DNA of 63,994 bases, counting the filler, from Guillardia theta CCMP2712 (lineage: Eukaryota > Protista > Cryptophyta), in assembly GCF_000315625.1 (NCBI RefSeq). It is 5 parts of 5 records of this genome, joined end to end, with 100 filler letters (N's around TTAATTAATTAA, not from the genome) between each part and the next. Parts side by side here need not be neighbours in the genome. Positions count along the whole stretch, not along the records: positions 1 to 25,889 come from NW_005434422.1; 4 more parts are not named here. One strand, given 5' to 3'. Positions 1 to 11,933 of this stretch are shown here, piece by piece. Within the stretch, counting starts at the first letter, position 1. Every line of letters begins with the position of its first letter. Position numbers and translations under genes: made by a program. The notes below the pieces were generated by a model, which saw only the letters and a list, made by a program, of their open reading frames with translations, was not told the origin of the DNA and ran no database searches.

Positions 1-1029
1 GTGACACATCACGTGACCGAGACAAGACTTGTTTATATCGCAGATCCAAAAACCCATAGGACATTTCTCCCAGGGGGAAGAAAACCTCCCTTGACCCCCC
101 TGTTTCTCGACGGATCCTGCCGGCCGGGCCCGTCAGTAGACCGACTGCAGCCTTCAGCCCCGCCTCAGACCCCCTGGAGGCCCGCCAGGAGGCTAAGTGT
201 CCGGAGATTGGCCGGGGGCCTGATCTCTCCGGGCGGCCGTGACCGGTCAGCGGACCGTGTCAGCAGGCCCGTGACATGTCAGCCGGCTGACAGGGTCCGT
301 GACCCGGCTGACAGGCTCACCTGACCGGTCACGTGACACATCACGTGACCGAGACAAGACTTTTTTATATCGCAGATCCAAAAACCCATAGGACATTTCT
401 CCCAGGGGGAAGAAAACCTCCCTTGACCCCCCTGTTTCTCGACGGATCCTGCCGGCCGGGCCCGTCAGTAGACCGACTGCAGCCTTCAGCCCCGCCTCAG
501 ACCCCCTGGAGGCCCGCCAGGAGGCTAAGTGTCCGGAGATTGGCCGGGGGCCTGATCTCTCCGGGCGGCCGTGACCGGTCAGCGGACCGTGTCAGCAGGC
601 CCGTGACATGTCAGCCGGCTGACAGGGGCCGTGACCCGGCTGACAGGCTCACCTGACCGGTCACGTGACACATCACGTGACCGAGACAAGACTTTTTTAT
701 ATCGCAGATCCAAAAACCCATAGGACATTTCTCCCAGGGGGAAGAAAACCTCCCTTGACCCCCCTGTTTCTCGACGGATCCTGCCGGCCGGGCCCGTCAG
801 TAGACCGACTGCAGCCTTCAGCCCCGCCTCAGACCCCCTGGAGGCCCGCCAGGAGGCTAAGTGTCCGGAGATTGGCCGGGGGCCCGATCTCTCCGGGCGG
901 CCGTGACCGGTCAGCGGACCGTGTCAGCAGGCCCGTGACATGTCAGCCGGCTGACAGGGGCCGTGACCCGGCTGACAGGCTCACCTGACCGGTCACGTGA
1001 CACATCACGTGACCGAGACAAGACTTTTT
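1..1029 (+). repeat. 332-bp satellite array, ~3 monomers, runs off the window start
   Basis: Near-identical units start at 1, 333, 665 and 997. Confidence 0.98.
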
Positions 1030-3699
1030 CATAGCGTTGACATTTTGCTTTTTCTGCTTTGGGCTGTATGTTTTTCCGTGAGGGGGTTGTTCTGCTTTCT
1101 ATGTGGATTGGGGGGTGGCGTGTTTGAGGATTTGAATTAGGGTCCAAATTTCAGGTTTATAACTCTGATGTTGTTTTGCAATAAGATATTTTAGACTGTA
1201 TTGTGGAATGGTTGAGTATAAACAGAGAAGCAGGGCTGCACCCCAGAAGTTACAGCGAGATCATGGGGTAGTCTACTAACTAATTTTTAGAGCCTTCTTA
1301 TGGTACAATTTTATAAACAAGTTTGAACGACCTCTCTACACGCCATGAGCCTCCCCTTGTTCGGGGCACGTCGCACCGCTCTGTACTGCCCTAACCATGG
1401 CTCGCAAACAGCAAGCCCGCGGCAGCATGTGCAGACATCAGATGTTCACTGAACATCCTCATGGGAAATTCCTGAGGTGTAGAGATGATGATCCTTGAGG
1501 TGTGCTTCGTACAGTGCGTGAATCTCACGAAAAATCGTTTGGTGAGCGAAGAGCATCAATAATACAAGTGAAAACCACCATCACAGGGATACGCTGCAAT
1601 CGAAACCGGGTTGTGAACTACCCTAAGCTTTCTGCGATGCATGACAGGGAAACTGAGTTGGAGAAGATGGATGGAGATTACACACAAGACGACAGGGAAT
1701 CATCATCCGACGGTGACTGGATTGTTCAAAAGCCGTACAGTCACCAGTGAGCTCAAGAACACATGTCTTCACGATGATGGCTGATAGGCTCGCAAGAAAT
1801 ACAGTGCATTTTAGCAGTGAGCTGCTCGATTGCTTGAAACCACGATGATCCATAGCACTATCGAATGATAACAAGCAGGTCCAGTGGTTCGTGAAGGATT
1901 CTTCATCCGGTTTTCAAGGATGTGTTGGAACGATGAAACATGTTGCAAATCACCAAGGTCTATGCCATTTCATCACATGATGCATCATCTAAATATTACT
2001 GGTGTGAACTTGCATCAGATCGTGTGTTCGTCAATGAGCGCTGCAAAGCAGATGATACATTCACAGCAAACACGAGCACTTTGAAGATGCTGATATTCCA
2101 GGCCGTACAGCATTTATGATGTGGCTACATGTCACATGCTTCTTGGTTAACACAGAAATAACTTGGTCAGGCAAAAGATGGAACGTCGTCAGGATTACAA
2201 GGAGGTCGGTTGTGCTTTTACCCAGATTGAAACGCTTGTAATAAAGATATGATCACCTGAATGTGGAATTCTGTTTATTGATTCACAGTGTTTGCGGTTC
2301 GTTTACAATCATCGAGTGCTTGTTCTGTTGAACAAGGCACCCCTCTGTACAGCCAAATGCGACAACAACTCTACTGTTGCATGGTAGCATTGCGAACTGT
2401 CCAAACAAGGCAGGATTGATTCGAAGAACATCTCATTTATTGATATCAGATTCATCTGCACATTGTTTCATTTCTAACTCGGTTTCTGCAGCGTTATGGA
2501 AATGTCATGACAGAGGAAGAAGTTGCAGTGCAGAAACATCATCCAAGGTCATGAAACATGGAAATGCGATTGTCAATGCACTTGATCATGGATATAGTGA
2601 TTCATGATCAACAACGATTATTTAAAGTCATCTATCCTGGCAGGTAAAGAAATCCTTTGTGCAAACGTCTCTTCATGCATCATTGAACGGTTGAGCATGT
2701 AAAGCTTTCTCAATAGAAAAGTGAGGTGCATGAATCCTGAACGTAAGACTAGAAGAATTCAAAGTGAGTGATGACATGAGAACACATATCTAGACAGCAA
2801 AGTCGCTTAAAGTACAAATTTTGATACAAATTTCTCACAAATCATGCATTTGTGCTCAACGTGCAACCTACGGCAATTTGAAAGAAGGGTCAATCAGAGT
2901 TGATTCTGTTCAATGGTGAATCTATTATTAGTTGCTTAGCTGTTCATGAAAATTTCATCTTGTCTTCGAAGAATATTTGCAAGCACACTCGCGGATTGTT
3001 TGAACCTAGGGTGCATATTCCAGTACACGATGGATGATTCAAACCTTGGCCCAACCTGCAGAGTTGAGTAAGAAGCTCGATCATATCTTACAGGTATGAT
3101 ATGAGATCTCCATCTCATTCCTATCTCAGTTGGGTTGGATTCGAAGTCTCTCAATATCAAGGTTCATCCTCGCGAGTCAGGAAGGCACCATTTCATCGCC
3201 TCTTGCTCGTCCAGGGAGAGGGGGCTTGGGGAATGAGAAAAGGGGGCTACCCCCCACCCCCTATCACAGAGTTTCAAACTGGTTCAAAGGTGGGTAGTTG
3301 AGGGTGCTCCATACCCACCCCACCCCCCAACGAAAGTCAAACGGAGGGGTTCTCGGAAGTCGAAGTTCCGACCAGTTTGGCCCTCGTTTTGTACCATATA
3401 AACGCTGCAATATTAAGTTGGTACCACAGATACTTCTAAAATTCGTACTTTTACTTTGGTTTGGCGTGGTGAGGTGTCCAAGCAACCAAATTCAAATCAC
3501 CCTACCCCTCTTTGGCCCTGCGCAGCAACGAATTGAGTCCTAAGAGCGATTTTCCTAAGAGCGAGTACCCTCCTACACGCCTTCTCAAAGTAGGGTACTC
3601 TCACATGGCATGAAATGAAGGGACCCCACAGGCCCTTCGAAAAAAAAAAAATCTTGCCAATTTTTCCTATGAGCGCCCGGCCGGAAAAGCAACGCTATG
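1030..3699 (+). mobile_element. ~2.67-kb TIR element (putative DNA transposon), copy 1
   Basis: Begins CATAGCGTTG and ends CAACGCTATG. It interrupts the satellite abruptly, and a reverse-complement copy lies at 35154-37793. The interior has many short GT..AG intron-like segments, but I recognise no transposase motif. Confidence 0.85.
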
Positions 3700-5444
3700 T
3701 CCGTCGAGAAACAGGGGGGTCAAGGGAGGTTTTCTTCCCCCTGGGAGAAATGTCCTATGGGTTTTTGGATCTGCGATATAAAAAAGTCTTGTCTCGGTCA
3801 CGTGATGTGTCACGTGACCGGTCAGGTGAGCCTGTCAGCCGGGTCACGGACCCTGTCAGCCGGCTGACATGTCACGGGCCTGCTGACACGGTCCGCTGAC
3901 CGGTCACGGCCGCCCGGAGAGATCATGCCCCCGGCCAATCTCCGGACACTTAGCCTCCTGGCGGGCCTCCAGGGGTCTGAGCGGGGCTGAAGCTGCAGTC
4001 GGTCTACTGACCGGCCCGGCCGGCAGGATCCGTCGAGAAACAGGGGGGTCAAGGGAGGTTTTCTTCCCCCTGGGAGAAATGTCCTATGGGTTTTTGGATC
4101 TGCGATATAAAAAAGTCTTGTCTCGGTCACGTGATGTGTCACGTGACCGGTCAGGTGAGCCTGTCAGCCGGGTCACGGCCCCTGTCAGCCGGCTGACATG
4201 TCACGGGCCTGCTGACACGGTCCGCTGACCGGTCACGGCCGCCCGGAGAGATCAGGCCCCCGGCCAATCTCCGGACACTTAGCCTCCTGGCGGGCCTCCA
4301 GGGGGTCTGAGGCGGGGCTGAAGGCTGCAGTCGGTCTACTGACGGGCCCGGCCGGCAGGATCCGTCGAGAAACAGGGGGGTCAAGGGAGGTTTTCTTCCC
4401 CCTGGGAGAAATGTCCTATGGGTTTTTGGATCTGCGATATAAAAAAGTCTTGTCTCGGTCACGTGATGTGTCACGTGACCGGTCAGGTGAGCCTGTCAGC
4501 CGGGTCACGGCCCCTGTCAGCCGGCTGACATGTCACGGGCCTGCTGACACGGTCCGCTGACCGGTCACGGCCGCCCGGAGAGATCGGGCCCATCTCCGGA
4601 CACTTAGCCTCCTGGCGGGCCTCCAGGGGGTCTGAGGCGGGGCTGAAGGCTGCAGTCGGTCTACTGACGGGCTCGGCCGGCAGGATCCGTCGAGAAACAG
4701 GGGGGTCAAGGGAGGTTTTCTTCCCCCTGGGAGAAATGTCCTATGGGTTTTTGGATCTGCGATATAAAAAAGTCTTGTCTCGGTCACGTGATGTGTCACG
4801 TGACCGGTCAGGTGAGCCTGTCAGCCGGGTCACGGCCCCTGTCAGCCGGCTGACATGTCACGGGCCTGCTGACACGGTCCGCTGACCGGTCACGGCCGCC
4901 CGGAGAGATCAGGCCCCCGGCCAATCTCCGGACACTTAGCCTCCTGGCGGGCCTCCAGGGGGTCTGAGGCGGGGCTGAAGGCTGCAGTCGGTCTACTGAC
5001 GGGCCCGGCCGGCAGGATCCGTCGAGAAACAGGGGGGTCAAGGGAGGTTTTCTTCCCCCTGGGAGAAATGTCCTATGGGTTTTTGGATCTGCGATATAAA
5101 AAAGTCTTGTCTCGGTCACGTGATGTGTCACGTGACCGGTCAGGTGAGCCTGTCAGCCGGGTCACGGCCCCTGTCAGCCGGCTGACATGTCACGGGCCTG
5201 CTGACACGGTCCGCTGACCGGTCACGGCCGCCCGGAGAGATCAGGCCCCCGGCCAATCTCCGGACACTTAGCCTCCTGGCGGGCCTCCAGGGGGTCTGAG
5301 GCGGGGCTGAAGGCTGCAGTCGGTCTACTGACCGGCCCGGCCGGCAGGATCCGTCGAGAAACAGGGGGGTCAAGGGAGGTTTTCTTCCCCCTGGGAGAAA
5401 TGTCCTATGGGTTTTTGGATCTGCGATATAAAAAAGTCTTGTCT
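3700..5444 (-). repeat. 332-bp satellite array, inverted, ~5 monomers
   Basis: Reverse complement of the monomer at ~332-bp period, with small deletions in some units. Confidence 0.98.
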
Positions 5445-6724
5445 GATCTCTCCGGGCGGCCGTGACCGGTCAGCGGACCGTGTCAGCAGGCCCGTGACAT
5501 GTCAGCCGGCTGACAGGGGCCGTGACCCGGCTGACAGGCTCACCTGACCGGTCACGTGACACATCACGTGACCGAGACAAGACTTTTTTATATCGCAGAT
5601 CCAAAAACCCATAGGACATTTCTCCCAGGGGGAAGAAACCCTCCCTTGACCCCCCTGTTTCTCGACGGATCCTGCCGGCCGGGCCCGTCAGTAGACCGAC
5701 TGCAGCCTTCAGCCCCGCCTCAGACCCCCTGGAGGCCCGCCAGGAGGCTAAGTGTCCGGAGATTGGCCGGGGGCCCGATCTCTCCGGGCGGCCGTGACCG
5801 GTCAGCGGACCGTGTCAGCAGGCCCGTGACATGTCAGCCGGCTGACAGGGGCCGTGACCCGGCTGACAGGCTCACCTGACCGGTCACGTGACACATCACG
5901 TGACCGAGACAAGACTTTTTTATATCGCAGATCCAAAAACCCATAGGACATTTCTCCCAGGGGGAAGAAAACCTCCCTTGACCCCCCTGTTTCTCGACGG
6001 ATCCTGCCGGCCGGGCCCGTCAGTAGACCGACTGCAGCCTTCAGCCCCGCCTCAGACCCCCTGGAGGCCCGCCAGGAGGCTAAGTGTCCGGAGATTGGCC
6101 GGGGGCCCGATCTCTCCGGGCGGCCGTGACCGGTCAGCGGACCGTGTCAGCAGGCCCGTGACATGTCAGCCGGCTGACAGGGGCCGTGACCCGGCTGACA
6201 GGCTCACCTGACCGGTCACGTGACACATCACGTGACCGAGACAGGGTATTAAATCTTGCAGAGCCAAAAACCCATAGGACATTTCTTCCAGTGGGGAAGA
6301 AAACCTCCCTTGACCCCCCTGTTTCTCGACGGATCCTGCCGGCCGGGCCCGTCAGTAGACCGACTGCAGCCTTCAGCCCCGCCTCAGACCCCCCCGGGCG
6401 GCCGTGACCGTGACCGGTCAGCGGACCGTGTCAGCAGACCCGTGACATGTCAGCCGGCTGACAGGGGCCGTGACCCGGCTGACAGGCTCACCTGACCGGT
6501 CACGTGACACATCACGTGACCGAGACAAGACTTTTTTATATCGCAGATCCAAAAACCCATAGGACATTTCTCCCAGGGGGAAGAAAACCTCCCTTGACCC
6601 CCCTGTTTCTCGACGGATCCTGCCGGCCGGGCCCGTCAGTAGACCGACTGCAGCCTTCAGCCCCGCCTCAGACCCCCTGGAGGCCCGCCAGGAGGCTAAG
6701 TGTCCGGAGATTGGCCCGGGCCCG
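5445..6724 (+). repeat. 332-bp satellite array, ~4 monomers including one diverged, deleted unit near 6240-6420
   Basis: The monomer resumes on + immediately after an inversion junction at 5443-5444. Confidence 0.97.
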
Positions 6725-8439
6725 TGGAAACAGGTTATGAGCCTCCCGACAAAATGCCAGTGTGGCGCTTGAGCCGAGGGGTCGTGGGGAGGTATCATAC
6801 TAAAATGATATGGGAGAGAAGCCGGGAAGAACAAACTTGCAACGTATTTATACGTATAGGATTTTTTTCGAGGTCGAAACTCAACTGGAAATTGAGTTGA
6901 AAATCCAGGGTTTTTCTACCTATAAACCAGTTCATGTACTAATTGATCGGAAATCTCTCCAAAAAGTCCTGATTATGTCTCTTTGCTTTGGATCGGCCTG
7001 ATTGACATCCTTTGGGCATATTCCGGGCCTCTCCGGCGAGCTCCAGGCACGAGGATTACAGCACTGGAGGCTCTGAAGCATCCCTTCCTCATTAGTGCTG
7101 TCAAGTAAACCGTCTCTACCCGTAGCTTTCTCCTTCCTCTCCTCTCATGTCCTCCTCGCCCTCCTGCCTTCCTCGCTAGTGGTCTTGAGTAAACAGTCTC
7201 TCCTCCGGCATCTCCTCTCGCAGCGATCAGGCATATCAACTAGCCTGGCCTCCCAGGCGTCCATTTCCCTTCCAACCCCTCCCCTCTCCTTCCCCCAGCC
7301 TCTCAAACTCCTCACCTCCTCACAAATGACACCGCCATATTACAATAGGTTGGGAGAAGCCTCAAAAAACGCAATCATGGCAAAGCAACAGGAAGTCTCT
7401 TGAAATATGTTTCATATTCAACCGACGAAGCATTCAGGTAAAGGAAGCTAGGGCGTCAACACAACAAGGAGAATCGAATTTCCTTTATGTCTTCGAAGGT
7501 TGCTTCTCTGATCGGTTCCCTTCATGTTTCCCTTCTTCTGGAAGTGAACAACTAGCACCTATAGCTGATGAGTGCTTTGGTACGCAAGTGACACATTCAA
7601 CCTACTATAGGTGTGATTCTCAGCCATGTCCCCTCAATGTTAACTCCTGAGACGAGAGGGATAAAGAACTGAGGAGGTTTGAAGAGTTGAAAAGAGGAAC
7701 CGGAATCAGGCGCATGTTCAGGGAATCGCAGGAGATTTTTGTCGAGTATGAGTCGTCTTTCTACAGTTGGATCAATGTAGACTCGGGGCTACAGTTTCCG
7801 CAGAGGGCAATTGAAATGGAATACATTCGTGAAGAAGTGAAGGAAAAAATTCAAGAAGAATTCAGGCTCATCTGTATCAAGTCGTTGAGAATAGTCAGAA
7901 TGATGTTTTCTTTGAACATGGAATAAAAGTACCTGAATACGCTGAACGATTGTCGATATTCAGCCATGATCATGGCAGTCAATGCATTGTTTCCAGAATA
8001 ACTTTTGTAATTGCTTCGATCAAACTTCCCATGCCATGATCAGATGACTACAAGGTTCAGAACAAGCCTACGTCGTAGAGGTTTTCTTCCATCAAGCGAG
8101 GTTCAACGCTGTTTGTTACTCTCATATTGCATAATTAGAGAATACAAGAACAGACAATCGATGGACAAATGATTTCCCTATCTTAGGCCTTGTTTGGTTT
8201 GTCAGGAACAAACAGCGTACTGAGAACAATTGCAATCAATCTTCCTTCCATCGCCACCGGCATGATGAATTTTCGCTGAGTCCAATTTATAGTTTGAACT
8301 ATAAACCTGACAGAAAAAAAATGTATAATACATTTATTGAAACCTTGCCTAGACTACTTCATACATCGTGCAATTTCCTTTCACATGTACACGGATTTTT
8401 AAGGCCAACAAAAGTCGTCCGGGAGGGTTTAGAATTATC

Positions 8440-9294
8440 ATGAAACCTATTTATTCAATTATATATTTGTTGGTTGGACTTTTCTCAAGTCAACTGAACC
8501 GATTATTCTTCGAAATCTCTGCCAGACACGAAGATTACACAAAGTTGACCATCAATGGGTATGCATATTACAATTACAGCCTTGTTTATGGTCATGTACA
8601 TATAGCAAAAACAGCAGGGACAAGTTTGAATGGTATGATGGCGTGCAAGTACGAACGAGTATGTGGTCATAAAGGCTATTCGTATGACATCGTTCAATCG
8701 ATGAAAAGGCTGCGTGCGGGCAAACCAAGGGATGTTTATTCTCGTTTGTACGAATCATATGATCGTCAGCGAGTGCCATCTCAAATAATGGATGAAATCG
8801 GATATGAGGACTGTGACTGGATAAGTGCAGAAAAGAATGCAATGTGGTGGTCTCGGTTTGAAACTTGGCCAAGAAATGTAGAATTGCACGTTCCTTGCAG
8901 AGATCCTATTGATCATCTGTTGTCACAGTGTAATTTTAAGAACATTTCCTTTAATTGTCGTTCTCACATTTCACTTGGTATTCAAAAGTGTCTTATCCAT
9001 ATCAGGCGTTTTGACTACCAACTGAAACAATTGAAAAATGTGAGACTGAAATGCTTTCAGTACGACAAAATCGATGCGTACATAATGTATATGTCCTCGC
9101 GATTACAATCCAAACGCTTTCCATCGAAATATCTGTTTAGGTCCACCAATCAAGTAAGAAATAAAACAAAAGAATGTCTGACTTTTAACTTTACTCTTGC
9201 TGAAGCTGTACGTCGACTCCTGATATCCAGTGTCAGTTACTACTCGTTCTGTGAAAAATGTATGAGATCAGACCAACAACTTCCATTAGGATGA
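8440..9294 (+). CDS. Sulfotransferase-fold protein with N-terminal membrane anchor
   Basis: HVHIAKTAGTSL matches the 5'-PSB loop (H-x-x-K-T-A/G-G-T-S). CRDPIDHLLSQ matches the 3'-PB R-D-P..S motif. The hydrophobic N-terminus starts at ATG 8440. Intronless and AT-rich. Confidence 0.75.
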   Translation: MKPIYSIIYLLVGLFSSQLNRLFFEISARHEDYTKLTINGYAYYNYSLVYGHVHIAKTAGTSLNGMMACKYERVCGHKGYSYDIVQSMKRLRAGKPRDVYSRLYESYDRQRVPSQIMDEIGYEDCDWISAEKNAMWWSRFETWPRNVELHVPCRDPIDHLLSQCNFKNISFNCRSHISLGIQKCLIHIRRFDYQLKQLKNVRLKCFQYDKIDAYIMYMSSRLQSKRFPSKYLFRSTNQVRNKTKECLTFNFTLAEAVRRLLISSVSYYSFCEKCMRSDQQLPLG

Positions 9295-10068
9295 TTGTGA
9301 ACAGTCAGAATCCATGTTCTAATTTAGTGTTTCTGGGGCCATTCGAAGGGCACAGCTGAGAAAGAATGTTGAATTCAGGAAATAAGAATTATCCGACAAT
9401 ATATCAATTCTCTCTTGAGCACCTGTAAATACTGTTTCGCTGTGAATTTTTTCATAAGTTGTATGCTTCCAGACGTCCAAATGTAATTATGTGTCATTTT
9501 CTCGACACCTTTCTGATAGGATATGTTTACTGACTTTCTGTCTTTCTTAAGTAGGTGTCCTAGGCAGTCTCGTTTCTTAGGAAATTAGATTACTTACTTT
9601 TCTTTATCTTTGACGTTGATTTGATATAAGTATCGTTGAGTTGTGCATTGCTCTCACCCGCTTGCTCTTTGGTTTCTTGACGGGATCACTACGTGTGTCA
9701 ACACTGGATCGAGAGATAGTTGTAGGAAGTTTTCCTAACATTTTGGTACGCGAAGGCCTGGTTTTCCTCTCGGAGTTGTTGTGTTGAAAGAAGTCGTTCA
9801 AGAAAACATGGATAGAACGAGCATTCAGTCGGGTAGCGTTGTCTCGGACTTCATGAGTCGAAGCATGTCACGGTTGGGCAGCTTTGTGAAGGAGACATTG
9901 AATGGGTCAGCCGAGCCGCGTTTTCCTACGGTGACAGGCATGTCGCCGCAGTCACATGCGTACGACTGTCATCCAGCAGGAGGCTGTCGTATGTGACGAC
10001 AGTGTTGATAGTGGTCGTACTTATCACACCTCGAAGATTCTCGAGTGGACCTTCAAGCGCAGTTCAAT

Positions 10069-10512
10069 AAGAACTCACGTTGGATTTCTCTACTAAGAGG
10101 GAAAGCGGTGAAACAGAAGGAGATCTAACTCTCTTTTATTTCTTTCACACACACCCACAATCGTGGAACACACACGAAAGGGGAAGAGGACCACCTAGCT
10201 CTGACGAGTTTCATCCTTTTATAGCTTCAAGGAAGGAGCCAGGGGTGCCGTCTCTTGGCTACAGAAAGGAGGGGTGTCCTGTCCTTAACAAGAACTCACG
10301 TTGGATTTCTTTACTAGGAGGGAAAGCGGTGAAACAGAAGGAGATCTAACTCTCTTTTATTTCTTTCACGCGCGCACACACACACAATCGTGAACACACA
10401 CGAAAGGGGAAGAGGACCACCTAGCTCTGACGAGTTTCATCCTTTTATAGCTTCGAGGAATGAGCCAGGGGTGCCGTCTCTTGGCTACAGAAAGGAGGGG
10501 TGTCCTGTCCTT
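10069..10512 (+). repeat. Tandem duplication of ~220 bp
   Basis: AAGAACTCACGTTGGATTTC...GGGGTGTCCTGTCCTT occurs at ~10069-10286 and ~10290-10512 with several mismatches. Confidence 0.9.
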
Positions 10513-10831
10513 GGAAGTTGACAAGCATCCCTTCTGACCTTCGAGAGGATACCATGCTCTCTCGCAGGGAAGAGAACCCCGTCCTTGCATGGCAGCAAGC
10601 TGCTTCCAACGGGTCGTACTCCACAAGACGCACCCCTTCTGTTTACCTTGTAAGTCCCCCACGGGTACACGGTTGCTGCAACAAAGGCCTCCACAGGGGT
10701 CCTTTCAGCAGATTCACACTGGAGTAGAGTATCCTGGGTCATCCAGGAGAAGTCAGCTTCAAACACGAGTACGAGACAGCCAACTGTCCTTTCATCCTGA
10801 TAGGCCTTTGTCTGACTCGGGCTCGGTTCCT

Positions 10832-11729
10832 ATGAGCTCTGACATCCAAGTCATATTCGATCAGCACTGCGACCCGAGGGTGGGAAAGATCAAGTCCGTG
10901 CAGGACATGAGGAAGATCCTCGACAAACAGGTGCGCAAGATCCTAACCGAAAAGCTCTTCCCCAACTACATACGTGAATACAACGACCACACACTCAGCA
11001 AGGATGATGTCACCCGGATCCTCTGGGGTGACTGACTACAAGGAAACCAAGACGGTCGTGTACGCGTACCTCTCCGAATTATTCCGGATACAGCAGGAGG
11101 TGAAGGAAGATGTGAATGCCTTCTGCAGCGAATCGTTCTGGGACAAGGCCGCCATATACGTCTTCAGGGGCCACAACGATGCTGACTATGAGAAGCCGTA
11201 CTTCGACCACAACAACTTCGTGGCCTCCACCTCACTCCGCTTCTCCATCGCCGCCAATTTTGCCAAGCCGCTGCACACGTCTGCCTACAAGAGGAACATG
11301 CCAGGCGATACGGGCACGGACAAGAGCACGGTGTACATCTACAAGATGTCCGGGGCATCCAACGTGCTCTTCACACAACCCTTCACCAAGCATGTCGAGT
11401 ACGAGATGACATTGTTCCCAGACGATCAATCGGCCTTCCTCGAGTCCTTGACACGGTACATGGATTTCAGCCTAGAGGAGATTTTTGATCGGGTCCACGC
11501 CAACCCACAGCCCAGATTGCACGTGCCCCCGATCGAGACTGTGGAAGAGATAAACTCCAACAACGTGAACGTCTATCATAACAACCTCATCATACTCGAC
11601 TCAGATTTGGCAAAGGTTTCGGACAGGAATCTCCACAAAGCGGGAAAACAGTGGATGTTGTACGATTTCTTCGCAAATGTACCACTTGTAGCTTGTCTGC
11701 TGACGTTTTACCTTCAGAAGTGGTCGTAA
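10832..11729 (+). pseudogene. R-S-E clade mono-ADP-ribosyltransferase-like gene with a 4-bp frameshift
   Basis: Motifs in canonical order: YVFRG, FVASTSLRFSIAANFA, TVYIY and EYEMTLFP. Removing one GACT from GACTGACT (11030-11037) fuses ORFs 10832-11035 and 10974-11729 as ...ILWGDYKETK... Confidence 0.7.
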
Positions 11730-11933
11730 AGCCTCCGGAACAAGTGACAAGATACTGCTTATAAAAACATCGACGCAAGAGAACTCTAACTGCTTTGTCC
11801 TCTTCCTCTCTCGCGATGATCCCTTGCCACCAACCATTTGAACAACTGATTTTTGAACAAGGTTCTTTCGGGAGATTCTGTCGCTTGTCGTGTTGTAAAC
11901 CGAAACATGTAATGGAAAGACTCCAATATCAAA

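Noticed and set aside
1-324. Repeated 107-aa ORF 'MTHHVTETRL...' in every satellite monomer
   Set aside because: It starts at GTG, is frequently frameshifted by homopolymer variation and shows no protein-like features. It is a by-product of a GC-rich repeat.
6725-8360. Possible retroelement or gene remnant at the left of the island
   Set aside because: Only short ORFs, with no recognisable gag, RT or integrase motif. I cannot support a call.
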